From: Saprolegnia diclina VS20 | Taxonomy: Eukaryota | DNA length: 64,000 nt | NCBI RefSeq assembly: GCF_000281045.1 | Contig: NW_008246113.1 | Span: 253,720-317,719 of the forward strand | Reading direction: 5' to 3' | Shown here: positions 24,129 through 38,084 of the stretch, piece by piece | How the letters are laid out: each line of letters starts with the position of its first letter | Numbering within the stretch: the first letter of the stretch is position 1 | Translations under genes and position numbers: made by a program | Notes under the pieces: model-generated | Database searches by the model: none | Told to the model about the DNA's origin: nothing | What the model saw: only the letters and a program-made list of their open reading frames with translations

Positions 24129-25871
24129 ATGGTGGGCACGGCGCGCCCGTCACGGTACTCGGACGACCGGCTTTCGTTTTTGAGCTCGGTCCGCAGCAGC
24201 GCTCGGCATCTGCCATTTGACGACGATGCCAGCTTCGAGCCTGTCAAGACGCCCACGGACCTCGAAGGCGGCGCGCTCCGCAACGGCGACGCACCGTCCG
24301 CCACGTCGCCCGAGATCCTTGCGCTCCTCTTCCAGTACGCGTGCATTGGCATCGTGGACGGCGGCATCTACGGCATGACGTACCCGATTCTCACGGGCTA
24401 CTTCCAGCTCGAAGGCAATGTGCTCAACTCGGCGACGGCGCTCATGGGCCTCGGCTGGTCGCTCAAGGTCTTCTTTGGCCTCCTCACCGACTGCGTGCCG
24501 ATCTGCGGCTACCACCGCAAGCCATACATCCTACTTGGGTGGACCCTCACGGCGCTGCTACTGACGATTGTCGCCTGCAAGCCCGCGGGGGCGCCCGCGC
24601 CAGACCCGAGCGCGAATGCCAATGGCACGACGCTCGCGCTCCTCTGCGCCGTCGGTTGCTTTTTCTACATCATGGCCGACGTCGCGCAGGACGCGCTGCT
24701 GGTCGCGTACGCCCAGCGCGAGCCGCTCGTGACGCGCGGCCGGCTCCAGTCGATGGTTTACGCGGTACGCACCGTCTGCTCGGCAGGGATCACGGCGATC
24801 TACGGCTTTTGCCTCAACTCGACGCGCATGGCCGGCACATACGACTGGGACATTGGCGTCAACGGGTACTTTTGGATTTTGGCCGCCACTTCGATCCTCA
24901 ACGTGCCGATCGTGTGGCTTTTCATTCGCGACACGAAAGCGACGCAGCCCGTGTCGGTCGCGAATTACTTGGCGCGGCTCTGGACGCTCGCGCAGAAGCG
25001 CGTCGTGTGGCAGGTCATGGTCTTCATCTTCCTCTTCTCGCTCTGCAACTCGTACATCAACACGACCGCCGCGCCGTACGTGGCACTCTACTGGGCCAAG
25101 GTCGAGACGCTCAACGCAGCGCTGACAAGCATTCTGGGCAGCCTCATCTTTGCCAGCGTGCTCGCGGCCACGGGCAAGTATGGCACCCAGTGGAACTGGC
25201 GCTACGTGCTCGTCATCACGGCCGTTGGAGCGAATGTGATTGATGCGCTCGTGGTATATTGCACCATCTACGACGTGCTCCGCAGCCAGTGGTTCTTCCT
25301 CGGCGTCCCGCTCACGACGCAGCTGCCGTTGGGCATCAACTTTGTCGTTGGCACGTTTGTCATCATCGAGCTCGCCGAAGAAGGCAGCGAAGGCGTCATG
25401 TACGGCCTTTTGACGACGATCGCGAATCTCCCCGGCGTCTTTGGCCCGCTGCTCACCAACGTCCTCGACGCCCACTTTGACGTTGGGAGAGAGCGCATTG
25501 CGCTCGATGCGCCCGAGACGCGGAACAACGTCGCGTACACGTATGTGATCTCGTACGCGGCGACGGGTCTCGGCTGCCTCTGCGTCTTTCTCTTGCCGAG
25601 CCAGAAGGCCGCGGTCGCCGACCTCAAGGCACGTGGCGGCAGCTACCCGCGAGTGGCCAGTGTCATTTACTTTGCCTTTTTTGTCATTTTGGCCACGTCC
25701 GTGACGGGCACGATGGCGTCGATGTTTGATACCACGCGCTGCCTTCGCCTCGCCGGCGGCAGCGGCTGCGACGAAGAGCCCTCCCAATTGTACCTTCTCG
25801 GTATCATCGTACCTTCCAGCGGCGCGCTTCTCACTCTGCTAGCGCTGGCGCTGCGGGCCACGCCTGTGTAG
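24129..25871 (+). CDS. Folate-biopterin transporter (FBT/BT1 family, MFS)
   Basis: Intronless ~580 aa. LEGGALR, WSLKVFFGLLTDCVPICGYHRKPY, ADVAQDALLVAYAQREP..RGRLQ, EGSEGVMYGLLTT. Confidence 0.9.
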   Translation: MVGTARPSRYSDDRLSFLSSVRSSARHLPFDDDASFEPVKTPTDLEGGALRNGDAPSATSPEILALLFQYACIGIVDGGIYGMTYPILTGYFQLEGNVLNSATALMGLGWSLKVFFGLLTDCVPICGYHRKPYILLGWTLTALLLTIVACKPAGAPAPDPSANANGTTLALLCAVGCFFYIMADVAQDALLVAYAQREPLVTRGRLQSMVYAVRTVCSAGITAIYGFCLNSTRMAGTYDWDIGVNGYFWILAATSILNVPIVWLFIRDTKATQPVSVANYLARLWTLAQKRVVWQVMVFIFLFSLCNSYINTTAAPYVALYWAKVETLNAALTSILGSLIFASVLAATGKYGTQWNWRYVLVITAVGANVIDALVVYCTIYDVLRSQWFFLGVPLTTQLPLGINFVVGTFVIIELAEEGSEGVMYGLLTTIANLPGVFGPLLTNVLDAHFDVGRERIALDAPETRNNVAYTYVISYAATGLGCLCVFLLPSQKAAVADLKARGGSYPRVASVIYFAFFVILATSVTGTMASMFDTTRCLRLAGGSGCDEEPSQLYLLGIIVPSSGALLTLLALALRATPV

Positions 25872-26291
25872 ACTAAATTCTTCATTTACTGTACGTGTAG
25901 TACCAAGGGAACAGAACAGTACCTACCTTAGTCGACCGTCTTCTCTGCGACGTCCACTCGAAGCGACCGTTCAAGTGCGTGTTGTTGAAGGCGCAGGGAA
26001 TGCAGAACGACCTTGACATTCGGTCGTCGCTGTACGTGATTGGTTGTATATTTTCGTTTACATTTATTTTAATATCTACGTATTGGTATGTGAATTAAAA
26101 AAAGCTCCATGGACGCATCGGATTGGCTCGTCGTGGCGTCCGCCTGTCTAGAGCGTATACTGAAAGCAAGTGAAATGAGATGACACGCGACGAGAGTAGT
26201 TTGGATATGCGGGTGCTCTACCGTGAACAAAGGCGGTGCCAGAGCCACTGCCGCGTACTCAGTTGCTGTACGTCAATACATTCTCGCTAAC

Positions 26292-26906
26292 ATGAGCGCA
26301 CCAAGCGTCACCGTCTTGACCCAGACCGACCTCCTGCGCACGGTCCTAAGCTACCAGCAGGGCGTGCCGATGGCGGTCGGCCTGGCCTGCCAACGCTACC
26401 GCCGCCAGCTCGGCCACGTCTCCCAGAAGGCGCACCCTGAAGTGACGCATCTCATCGCAACACCCGCGCGCTTCCGCGGTTTTGTCTTGTGCAAGCTCGT
26501 CCAAGACCGCGATGTCACGACGGCTCTCGCCCTTCTCGCCACATTTCCCGATGCCACGACGCTCAAGCTGCCACGCGTCAAGCAAAAGTACACCTACACG
26601 ATGGACTACGCCGCAAGAGCGCGCAGTCTGCCGCTCCTAAAAGAGCTCCACGCGCGACGACTCGGGAGCTGCTCCAACGCCGCCTTGGACGCAGCGGCGG
26701 CCAACGGCGACGTGGCCATCCTGGAATTTTTGCATGCCAACACACACCAGCGCTGTACGCACAAGGGCCTCACGGCCGCGCGGCGCAACAAGCATTTTGA
26801 CGTTGTGGCGCTTCTCGAAGAGAGACGTGACCGGTGCCAAGAGATGACGCCCCAAGATATCTCGGGCGCCCAGTTTGGCTTCGCAGCTTCGTGTGCCGTT
26901 CAATAA
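26292..26906 (+). CDS. Ankyrin-like repeat protein, family A, with C-terminal CaaX (CAVQ)
   Basis: VLTQTDLLRTVLSYQQG N-motif; MDYAARA, ALDAAAANGDVAILEFLH and CTHKGLTAA..HFDVV repeats; ends ASCAVQ*. Confidence 0.85.
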   Translation: MSAPSVTVLTQTDLLRTVLSYQQGVPMAVGLACQRYRRQLGHVSQKAHPEVTHLIATPARFRGFVLCKLVQDRDVTTALALLATFPDATTLKLPRVKQKYTYTMDYAARARSLPLLKELHARRLGSCSNAALDAAAANGDVAILEFLHANTHQRCTHKGLTAARRNKHFDVVALLEERRDRCQEMTPQDISGAQFGFAASCAVQ

Positions 26907-27185
26907 TGTGGGCTAATGTGTCCCAGAGTATCAAAATACTGTAGTCTCGTAGCGTGTTCGAGTAGTCTGCGTTTGCACACCACCTTGAGCGCTCGCATAG
27001 CTACAGCTTGCGACTGTATCGGCGAGCGAGGCTTTTGGAATGGCCCTATTCTTGGACCCCGGCCGGGGTACTCTCTTCGTGACGTAGCGCGCTCTCGTGC
27101 CTCTATGACGCCTTACATTGAGAAGATATGTCTTGCGCATTCCGATCTAGTTGTGTAGGCGTTACGCTAGATGAGGGATGAGGGA

Positions 27186-28421
27186 TTAGGGTCGACGGCA
27201 ATGTGCCTCCAAGCACGCGATTGCGGCGGTGTACGCCGCCTGACTGGGCATCCACTCGGCGCGGAGCGCAATGCCACACTCGTGCAAGAGCAAGAGAAGC
27301 GGCATCGGGTAGTACGCGTTGGCATCAAGTAGAGACGCATCGATGGCCGCCGCTTCCAAGGGAAACCCGTGTGCGAGTAGCCAGCGCGCGCCGTTGATGT
27401 TGCGCTCTTGTAGCGCAGCGACAACAACATTTGGTTGCACGGTCGCTCGATGGACGAGCGTCGCTGCCACGTCAAAGTGTGTAAACTGTATCGCAGCAGC
27501 AAAGACGGCATCGACCTCGGCATCGCTGGACGCGAAGACGTCGAGCAAGTAGGCGGCAACGCAGACGTGGCCGTTGGCGGCGGCTTGTGTGAGCGCGTGC
27601 GAGGTCGCAGCGACGCCGAGCGCCACCAGGAACTGGACAACGTCGAGACGACCGTATGCTGCAGCGCGCGTGATCGTGTTGCTCGAGCACGCAAAGCCGC
27701 GGGCAGGGAGCGTCTGCAGTAGCGGGAGCAGTCCCGCCGCAGCCACGTCGTCGATAAAACCAGGATACTTCGTCTCGGGCACGTGCGTGCAGAGGTACTC
27801 GGCCAGCACGCTCTTCCCAGCAGTCACCGCGTGCTCTAAAACGCGTGGCGTCCACCCGATCGTCGTGTACGTTCGCAGTAGCTGGATAAGGCGGACGTCC
27901 GCACGCGGAATGCACGACCACGGCAGCCTCCGGCCGAGAAGCCATGGCCCGTACGCTGCATCTTTTCGCAGCGGCTCGAAGCGTTGACAGAGCTGTGGAA
28001 GGTAGCGCCGCTGGTCCATGAGATACGACGCGATTGCGAGGCGGTTGTACAGGAACGCCGTCTCGATGGCCTCGGCGAAAGCAAGGTCCGGGCGGCAGGC
28101 CAGAATGCACCGCACAGCATCGATGTCGCCTTCGTAGATGGCCAAGTGCAGCGGGAACCGAGCGTCATGTGGACCGTCGCGCGCCAAGCCGAGCTTAAAG
28201 CCAAGTATGCTCGTGATCAGAGCGCCGTCGTCGCTCCGCAGCGGCCGAAAGGTGGGCGGAAAGACATACTTGTTCTGGAACCAGAGATCTGCTGTCGCCA
28301 ACGTATCCTTAGTAAAGACATTTGCCTCAAGAAAGCGATATCGGACGTCTTCGTAGACGCCAAATTGGTAGCCACAGATGAGCGCCGCCAGAGGCGGCGA
28401 CGTCAGCACGACGCTCGCCAT
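27186..28421 (-). CDS. Ankyrin-like repeat protein, family B
   Basis: MASVVLTSPPL..YQFGVYED; RFPLHLAIYEGD; AAAYGRLDVVQFL; AAANGHVCVAAYL. Confidence 0.85.
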   Translation of the reverse strand: MASVVLTSPPLAALICGYQFGVYEDVRYRFLEANVFTKDTLATADLWFQNKYVFPPTFRPLRSDDGALITSILGFKLGLARDGPHDARFPLHLAIYEGDIDAVRCILACRPDLAFAEAIETAFLYNRLAIASYLMDQRRYLPQLCQRFEPLRKDAAYGPWLLGRRLPWSCIPRADVRLIQLLRTYTTIGWTPRVLEHAVTAGKSVLAEYLCTHVPETKYPGFIDDVAAAGLLPLLQTLPARGFACSSNTITRAAAYGRLDVVQFLVALGVAATSHALTQAAANGHVCVAAYLLDVFASSDAEVDAVFAAAIQFTHFDVAATLVHRATVQPNVVVAALQERNINGARWLLAHGFPLEAAAIDASLLDANAYYPMPLLLLLHECGIALRAEWMPSQAAYTAAIACLEAHCRRP

Positions 28422-28789
28422 TTGCAAAAGCGAGAATGTAGGTCGCTACAATCCGATCGCGGGGTCTTGGTTTTTGTATACCATACAAAACATAAGCTAT
28501 AGCGTGGCGAAACCACAGCGTCGGCAGCCCGTCATAAACTGCCTTGAAGCACGTCATCTCTCTTCAAATGTACATCAATAATGCGTACGGTAACGACCCA
28601 TATATGATCACGACCGATCTAGCCTATGTAGATATAATATGCCGTAGCATCGCCGGTGTGCCCGTCGCTGCTTGCGGTCACTCTTTGATCTCGGCTGCTA
28701 CGATCCATGCATCTTGGCGAAGCGCGTAGAACTCTTGGAGAAGCGCCACGATGATCATCGGGTCGCGCGCGAGATGAAAGAGGCTGGCG

Positions 28790-29260
28790 TCGGACGTCAA
28801 AAGGGTAGCCTTGCGTCAGCAAAGACTTGACCGCGCGCAGGGCCGTCGCGATGGCGTTCCGTGGCATGCTGGCACAACCCGCCGCCGGCAGGATAGTAGG
28901 CTTCGCACAGCGGCGACGTCGCCCTCGTAGATGGCCAAGTGCAGCGGAAACCGAACGTCGTTGGGGTAATGGCGCGCCAAGCCGATCTCGCTGGCGCGGA
29001 GCGAGGTGACGGATGCACACGGGCGACTGCGGCTCACACGCACCGAAAGCTGAGCGGCAGTTCATAGTGGCCGTCGTCGCACCTCGCCGTGGCGTCAGGT
29101 GCCACCTTTGTAAAGACACGCGCCCCCAGAAACCAGTACCGGACGCCTACGTACACGCAAGGGTCAATAATCAGCTGATTATTGACCCTAGGTAGACGCC
29201 AAGTTGCAAGCGAAACACGAGCGCGGCCAGAGATGGCGACGTTAGCACGACGCTCGCCAT
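28790..29260 (-). pseudogene. Decayed family-B ankyrin-like gene
   Basis: ATG at 29260 gives MASVVLTSPSLAALVFRLQLGVY then a stop. RFPLHLAIYEGDVAAVRSLLSC appears downstream; the copy is truncated. Confidence 0.75.
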
Positions 29261-29546
29261 GGTCAAATTCCGGTCCACAATGCCATCACTTTCCATTTGT
29301 ATGTCATACAGTGGCCAAGTCAATGACGTGGCAGCGTGTACGCGCGATGTCAGCCTCTAAGAAATGAGACTTGTACCAAGTATTCCGAGAGGACGCGACG
29401 ACAGGAAAAGGAGTTGTGACATCAAAACGAGCTGCGTAACACAGGAGAGTATCGCCCTTTGCTGAGCCCTAAAACAAAACTCATGCTAACTACAAATGAC
29501 GCCTGTTTCAGAGGGTGGTATGTATATTTTCCGTGGTATCCTTTGA

Positions 29547-31630
<2,084 letters not shown>

Positions 31631-33432
31631 GCGGCCGACCTCGCCGCTGCCGGTACCAAGATGGGATTTTCAGTGACGCTTCTCGCCCGCCTAATAAAAA
31701 CCGCGCCCGGACTTTACCGGAATTGATTTCTTTTTATTTTATGCTGTGTGTTTTGTAGCGCAATACAATGAAAACCGTTCTTGAGCCCATGCGTACTTTA
31801 AAGAGATGTCCATTCAGACAAACTTTATACTGCTATTTGTATGCCAGGGGTGAAAAACCTCGTCGCACTTTACGCGCATTTAGAATGACGGGCTTCCCGA
31901 CCTTGGTGTTTGTATACTCGCGATGGCTTGACATACGAACTTAGTCGGGATTTTTGGAAATCAATAAAATACATCAGGAATGTGGTGCAATATAATAAAA
32001 AGCAACTCGGGCCTTGGGAGAGATGCCGCACTTTAGCGGCGGAGACCGCGCGCAGCCAATCACGCGCCAGAGCACGGAGTGGTGTGGACAGGGAACGCAT
32101 ATTTTTAAAAATATATCTGCGTTTCAGTATGCACGCCACTGAATTTTATGTCCTGAAAACCTTTCAGAATGGATCGACCCTGTATATCTTTTTCCAGAGG
32201 TTTGCACTGGGAACCGATTCACATCTCCTGCAGAAGAGTCCGACTGACTCGAGCTGCCGACATCACTGGCGCTTCGATGCAATGACGAGCGGTTGGCAGC
32301 CGCGAAACTCGCCGCCAGCTCCAGAGCTGATACAATCAGCAGAGTGTTAAGATGCATACCATCAAGTCGGATCGTGACACAGAGCAAGCAGGAGGGATCT
32401 TCTTCGACTTCGCAGTGTCTGCGAGTGTACGGAGACTAGCATATTCTCAAATGGGCTGAGAAGAGGTTGCGCCGTTGTTGAAGTGCTCCACGCTTCCATT
32501 CCAGTCAGAGTCTTCTCGAGGCTTCCTACGAAGCCGGCGATATCGTATCTTGCTCGGGCGTCTTGTCTGCCCTGCGAAGCCCGCAGAATCCTAATGTGCA
32601 GAGAATTTCGACTTGTTGGGCTGCCTCCCACGTGGCGCGCTGTGGGATCGACACCCCAATCTCAGATTTGGTGGTTGGTCGGACTGTCCCAAACAGCATT
32701 TCAAGCCAAAACAGAATCTAAAGATCCAGTGGATGGCAACAAAGGTCAAAGGAGTCGGCGCGGTCCATGCCGCCTGTGCGTAATGCCAGACGTTTCGCCA
32801 CCCGATTGACCCAACGTTCCTGTATCGTCGCTGATTGGCTACATTATGGCCAATCACATTACGATGGGTGGCGCCCGTCCTTAAGCCGCCTCGCCACAGG
32901 AAGAATCTGGACGCATTGCGCAATCGCCAACACCTCGTCGCTCTGCAAACGCTGGAAATCTCAGATTCTGCTTTCAAATCCAGGCGAATCCAGGCGAATC
33001 CAGCGATCGATTCTTGCGGCTCTCTTGGTACCTCGTGCGCCCGAGGGACTTCCTTCTTCCGTTGCTGCCGTAGCATCATCAACAGCATCGGCTTCTTAGC
33101 CTGTGGACGCATCTCTGCAGACCAGGACCTGTCGCTGCACTGCGTATGGATGCAAGAAGGATGTGGCAAGATATGGAGGAGGAGAACACACGGGCGGCGC
33201 CGGGTCCGAGCCACTTAAGGCCAATGGACTGGGCGGTCGCCGGTGCGATTGGATATCGAGAAAGTTAACTACCTATGACTAACAAAACTAGCACTAGTAC
33301 GGATTGCTACAACCGAGGTCGGGGGTCGCAAGACTGCGCGATGGCGGAACCGGAGTTGCGCGAAAGCGAGCGTTGCGCCTCCTAGTTAAATAGGGTGTGG
33401 AGCAGCTGCCGCGTCTACACAGGACGGGGCGT

Positions 33433-34173
33433 TTAAGCCGTCTGCGGGAACGGCTCGGGCACGAACCAGTTGCCTTCGGGCTTGATCGTGTAAAAGTCGT
33501 CGAGGTCGTCCAAGTTCCAAGTGACCGGGAACGGCTCGGCCTCGGCGGCCTTGGGCAACGCCATGATCGGGGCCTCGTCGACCCAAAGCGCGGTCAGCAT
33601 GTCGTGGTTGTTGTTGTTGTTGATGGTCGTCGGCGCTTGCGGCCACACTGCGGCCGGCGTCGGCTCGACGTCGAGCGACTGGAGGGCGAGCAGAATCTCG
33701 TCGTGGATCTTGCTCGAGAGGAACTCGTCGTCAAAGCAGTAGTCGCTGGCGGTCGCTGGCTTGGGCACTGGGTGCAGGTCGATGCTGCAGTCGCTGTGGC
33801 TGCCTTCGTCGTCCGTCGAGGTCGACGCCTTGCGGAACGACGTCATGTCGGCGGGCGCATAGGCGCGCAGACCGTTGGTGTGCGTCTTGACGTGGCGCAC
33901 GAGCTTCTCCTTCGTGCAGAAGCGCTTGAGGCACGTCGTGCAGCCAAAAGGCTTCTCGCCCGTGTGGATAAACTTGTGGCGGTTGAGGTTGCCGTGCGTC
34001 GAGAAGCAGCGCTTGCAGCCGTCGTAGTCGCACACGTACGGGCGCGCGCCCGTGTGCGTGTTGAGGTGCTCCTGCAGCGTGAACTTGCGCTTGAAGCGCT
34101 TGCCGCAGCCAGGGATGTGGCAGCCAAAGCGGCGCTCAGGCGACTGCATGTTCGAGGTCGTCGTCGAGTGCAT
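33433..34173 (-). CDS. C2H2 zinc-finger transcription factor (3 fingers), outlying paralogue
   Basis: KRFKRKFTLQEH, STHGNLNRH and TKEKLVRH fingers match the 12-20 kb array; lacks finger 4. Start at 34173 or 34149. Confidence 0.88.
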   Translation of the reverse strand: MHSTTTSNMQSPERRFGCHIPGCGKRFKRKFTLQEHLNTHTGARPYVCDYDGCKRCFSTHGNLNRHKFIHTGEKPFGCTTCLKRFCTKEKLVRHVKTHTNGLRAYAPADMTSFRKASTSTDDEGSHSDCSIDLHPVPKPATASDYCFDDEFLSSKIHDEILLALQSLDVEPTPAAVWPQAPTTINNNNNHDMLTALWVDEAPIMALPKAAEAEPFPVTWNLDDLDDFYTIKPEGNWFVPEPFPQTA

Positions 34174-36219
34174 CGAGGCGAGCAAATTTGGAAATGGCAA
34201 CTTGGTCGCTTGCGGCGGCTTCAAGGCGACGGAAAATGGCTCCAGAGCCAATCAAAGTCAAGTGACTTGGCAATCGCCTGTCGCCATCTTTTGATTGGGC
34301 GGGTATCGTGACCTGGGTTTTTGCGCGCTTTTGATTGGCCGGTGCGTTTTCACTCGCCCGTCGGCGAAGGGTTCGAAGCTGGGCGTCACAATCCCACTAA
34401 GCGCCAGCTGGCAAGCTCCAAAGCAGCTGTTCACGCAGATGGTATGTCGTCGCTGGGTCGGGAGAAGGGAGGACGCTCTTGGGTTGATTGTTCCAGCGAT
34501 ATCCTACTTTGAGCAAGAGCAAGCTCTATTTGGCTGTGGCGCATGCGGGCTAATAGCGAGCTTGCTCTCTCGGGCATAACGACGCGCTCGCAGGATGCTG
34601 GAAGAAGCGTTCCTCTGTGGCTACCTCAAGTAGTACTCGGAGCAAATGCTCGGTGTGTGGAATATACAGCTGCACTTTGACACTCGAGCATGACTTGCGG
34701 CCACATTTGGCCTGGTCCTACCCTCTCAACGTCAGCGTTTTCCTACCCAGCTGGGCGCTGTGTCTTGCTGCCGAGTACAATCACCAAGAACAGTGCTTAT
34801 TCCACCAAAAGAGCGCCGACGCCTGGCCAGCAGCAAGGACAGGCACCACGATCGCACGCGTGAGATGGCCGTTGAAGCTCGCGACGAGGAACGTGGGATG
34901 GTCTCGCGTTGGCGAGACCCGAAAACACGACGGTTGTTTGTGCGGGCGACTTGGCCCGTGGCACGCCAAGTCGTACGTGGCTTCTGAGGACCATGGACTC
35001 AGATGCGGCGGCCAATAAGAACGTAGCCTGTAGTCCACGTCTCGGCCCCGCGGCGTTTCATAGGCTGACGCTCACGGCCAATGAGGTTGGGCTCGGCCCG
35101 TGACTCGCTGGCGTATACCACCCTCCTTGTGCCAATCTCGCATTGTTGACGCGCGCGGCACACATACTTGCCGGCACCGCGGCCGCGCCGCAAGACGGGC
35201 CATGACGCGTGGTGCATCAGGTTATCCCCTCGCGTGATAGGCTCGTGCTACGCCAATGAGGAATCGCGTGGGGCATGACGGCAAGTCCTCGTCGCCGGTC
35301 CGTGTCGCCTCGGAAGAAATCCTACACTTGCCGATTAGATGCTTTACAAATTCGAAGCACGACCATTTTGATGCATGTCTCGGATCGGGCTACGTTAGCT
35401 TGGTCCACTAGGTCGAGTCGACACGATCAACGTCCAGGTCGTCGCTTCTCGCCCGCCCTTTTCTCGTCGTCGTCGTTCTGCAGGATCTTTGAAGCTCAAA
35501 TACGCGATCTTGTTTGGATCTCGCGTTGGGTAGCAGCGGCGGTAAGGTTCTCAGATGAGCCTTTGGTCCAGGAAGAATACACTGTATGAAGCGACACTTC
35601 ATATTGAAACCAGTGTTTGACGACGCCCGGCAGCCACAAGAACGTTCGGAGGCTCGCGCGTGCAATGGATAAGTTCAATTTCCGGTCCACTGCTGGATTT
35701 CTTTGCGGACAAAGAAGATGTGTCTTCACAAAGCGAGTAGCTAACTGGACTCGTACGAACTCGAAAGGAATGCTTTTGAGAACACTCGAGTCTAATTGGC
35801 GACAGTCGCGTCGTCGGTCGCGTTGTGGCAGCCACAAGAAGCAACGCCGAGCCCTGTAGCGCCGCAAGAACGTTCGCGGGACGGCCCGCGAAAGAGGTCC
35901 TCGGCTACTCAGACGTGCGGTCGAGACGTTCTCGCTGTCGCCATCGAGAAGCATCAAATAGCGACAGTCCGATGTGCTGTTAACGGTCGTGTCGTCTTGG
36001 CGGCGATCACCCATGCAAACCGCGCTGCCGATTCTTTGGCAATGTTTTGTAAACGAGTAGAGACGCCTTCGTACCGCGCTCGACCACACGAACTCGCGCA
36101 CGTCTCTTCCACACGACGTACATCAGAATACCCGAATGCACCAGAAGTCCAGAATGCAAAAGTCGATTTATACTGTGATAGTTGCAGTGTTGTAGCTCTC
36201 GTATGGATCTATAGTACGT

Positions 36220-37660
36220 CTATTGGACGTTGACGAACGCGACGATGACGGTCGTGTCGTCGATGACCTAGTTGGCGCAAGATGAGGAGGCGGGTACCCA
36301 CATCTTTGCGTGTCGACCTGTTCTTCCTTCATCCACCGGCGGTTTGCCTCCAAGATGAGGACATCGACCTACGCCATTCATAAGAACGTATAGTAAAACC
36401 AAAAGAACACGTACGGCTTGCTTGGGGTCCGTGTGCGCCGTCGCCATCTTGATCACTTCCTCGTCCGACATGAATTCCCAGAGCCCGTCCGTCGCAATGA
36501 CGAGACACTTGTCGGTGGCGTCCAAAGTGCGCGTAAAAAACTCGGGCTCCGAGCTCACCTAGTACGTTCTAAGCCACACACGCTGCCGAGAGCGATGCCG
36601 CTACCCCCGCCGTGTGCGCGACTGCGTCGCCAAGCGACCGCGACATGGCCAAGCCCGGGACGTCCATGTGACCGAGCCAGACACGCGGTGGACCGTCGAT
36701 GCCTACGAATCAAATGACGCAAACGTGTGGCTTCCCACAGCACGGACCGTCGTCGTACTCGACTGCAAAGACACGGCCACCGGCGGCCAGAATCCGCGCC
36801 TTTTCGTTTGGGCGGTCCGGTTTGTGATCGTCCGAGACGGCTTCAGCAATAATCGTAGCGCCTTGGGCATACCCGCGTGTGACTCTCGAGTCGCCCACAT
36901 TGCCGACGACAAGGAGCCTAAAATCCACGAAAAATGAGGCATTGGCGAGGCTCGAAGGGGGTCGCACTTGTCTCGGATGACGCTAACGACGCCGGTGCTG
37001 CCGCTGAACTCGGTGTCGATGCTCTGGTCACGGAGCACGCGCTTCTCGACGGCGTTCATCGCAAAGGTCATGGCCGCTAAAAGACTATGAGACACGTCGA
37101 CGGCTAAAAAGGAGTGTACCTTTGATGCCTTCGCAGTCTTTGGCCATGTCGCCCGTCGGTGCAAACCCCGCGTGCTTGAAGAGTTCGTCGGGAAACTGCG
37201 CACGAAAGAACTGCGAGACGCCGTCGCCCGCTTCACCGTGGCCGTCAAAGACACCGAGGAGGAGCGACTTGCTCGATGCATCGTACTGCATGATCATCGA
37301 GTCTTGGTTCTTCTTGCGCGGATTGTACGGCGCATATCCCTTCTTGCTCACGCCGGCGTAGCACCCGATCGAGGCCGTGCCGTCTTGGACACCGTCCGGG
37401 TCCGCAGTCGAGACGTTGGCCAGCCCTTCAACCAGTGTATTGTCGCTGACGACGCTCAAGCGGCGGCGAGCGAGATGCACATTATCTTCGGTCGTCGGCT
37501 AGACAAGGCATTTGAAACCCATGGTGGGCTAAAAGGGATGAACCTTCTTCGTCGAAATGCCCTTGGGCGACGCCACGTTGGTGGCCGTCGCGCCCTGCTG
37601 CTTGAGCCGGTTCAGGGCCGGGTCTTGGACAATCGAGCCCTTGCGCTTGAACGTGGCCAT
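36220..37660 (-). CDS. Protein phosphatase 2C (PPM family), multi-exon
   Basis: NQD, GVFDGHG, SGSTG, NVGDSR, DHKP, GLAMSRSLGD, IATDGLWE and DDTTVIV occur in order across GT-AG introns. Confidence 0.92.
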
Positions 37661-38084
37661 GGCGGCGGCTCAAAAGTAACAGTGGCAGCCTTTGGGCGCG
37701 ACGTCCTGTATAAATAGGCGCTTGGGTGGGTGGTGGCCACTGGCGCGTCGTTTCACCAACGCGCGCGTTTCATTGGTTCCCAAACGATCTTTCAAATGGC
37801 GCGTGCCAAAAAAGGGTATGGCGCCATCTTGGACGTTTCCGAAAAGGCCATCCACTGCATGAATGCTACTTGATGGAGAAAGCTTGGGCCACGTAACCTT
37901 TGCACTACCGACAGCCAAGATCCTCACGAGCTTTTTGATCGATACTGGCTATTACAGCGGCAAAGCATAGTAGTCCCCAACTAGATGGTACAAAGGTGCC
38001 ACCCCTTTTTGTCGCAAAACGGCAATGTTCGAGTTTCAGAAAAGACGGAATTTTATGCAAAAACTAATAATGAAAAAGGTCCTT

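Noticed and set aside
27186..27200. C-terminal CRRP of the family-B gene as a CaaX box
   Set aside because: Basic a1/a2 residues and terminal Pro are unfavourable, and other family-B members lack it.
31800..32190. AT-rich segment ending CCCTGTA-TA, resembling a Tc1/pogo end
   Set aside because: No convincing matching inverted terminus found.
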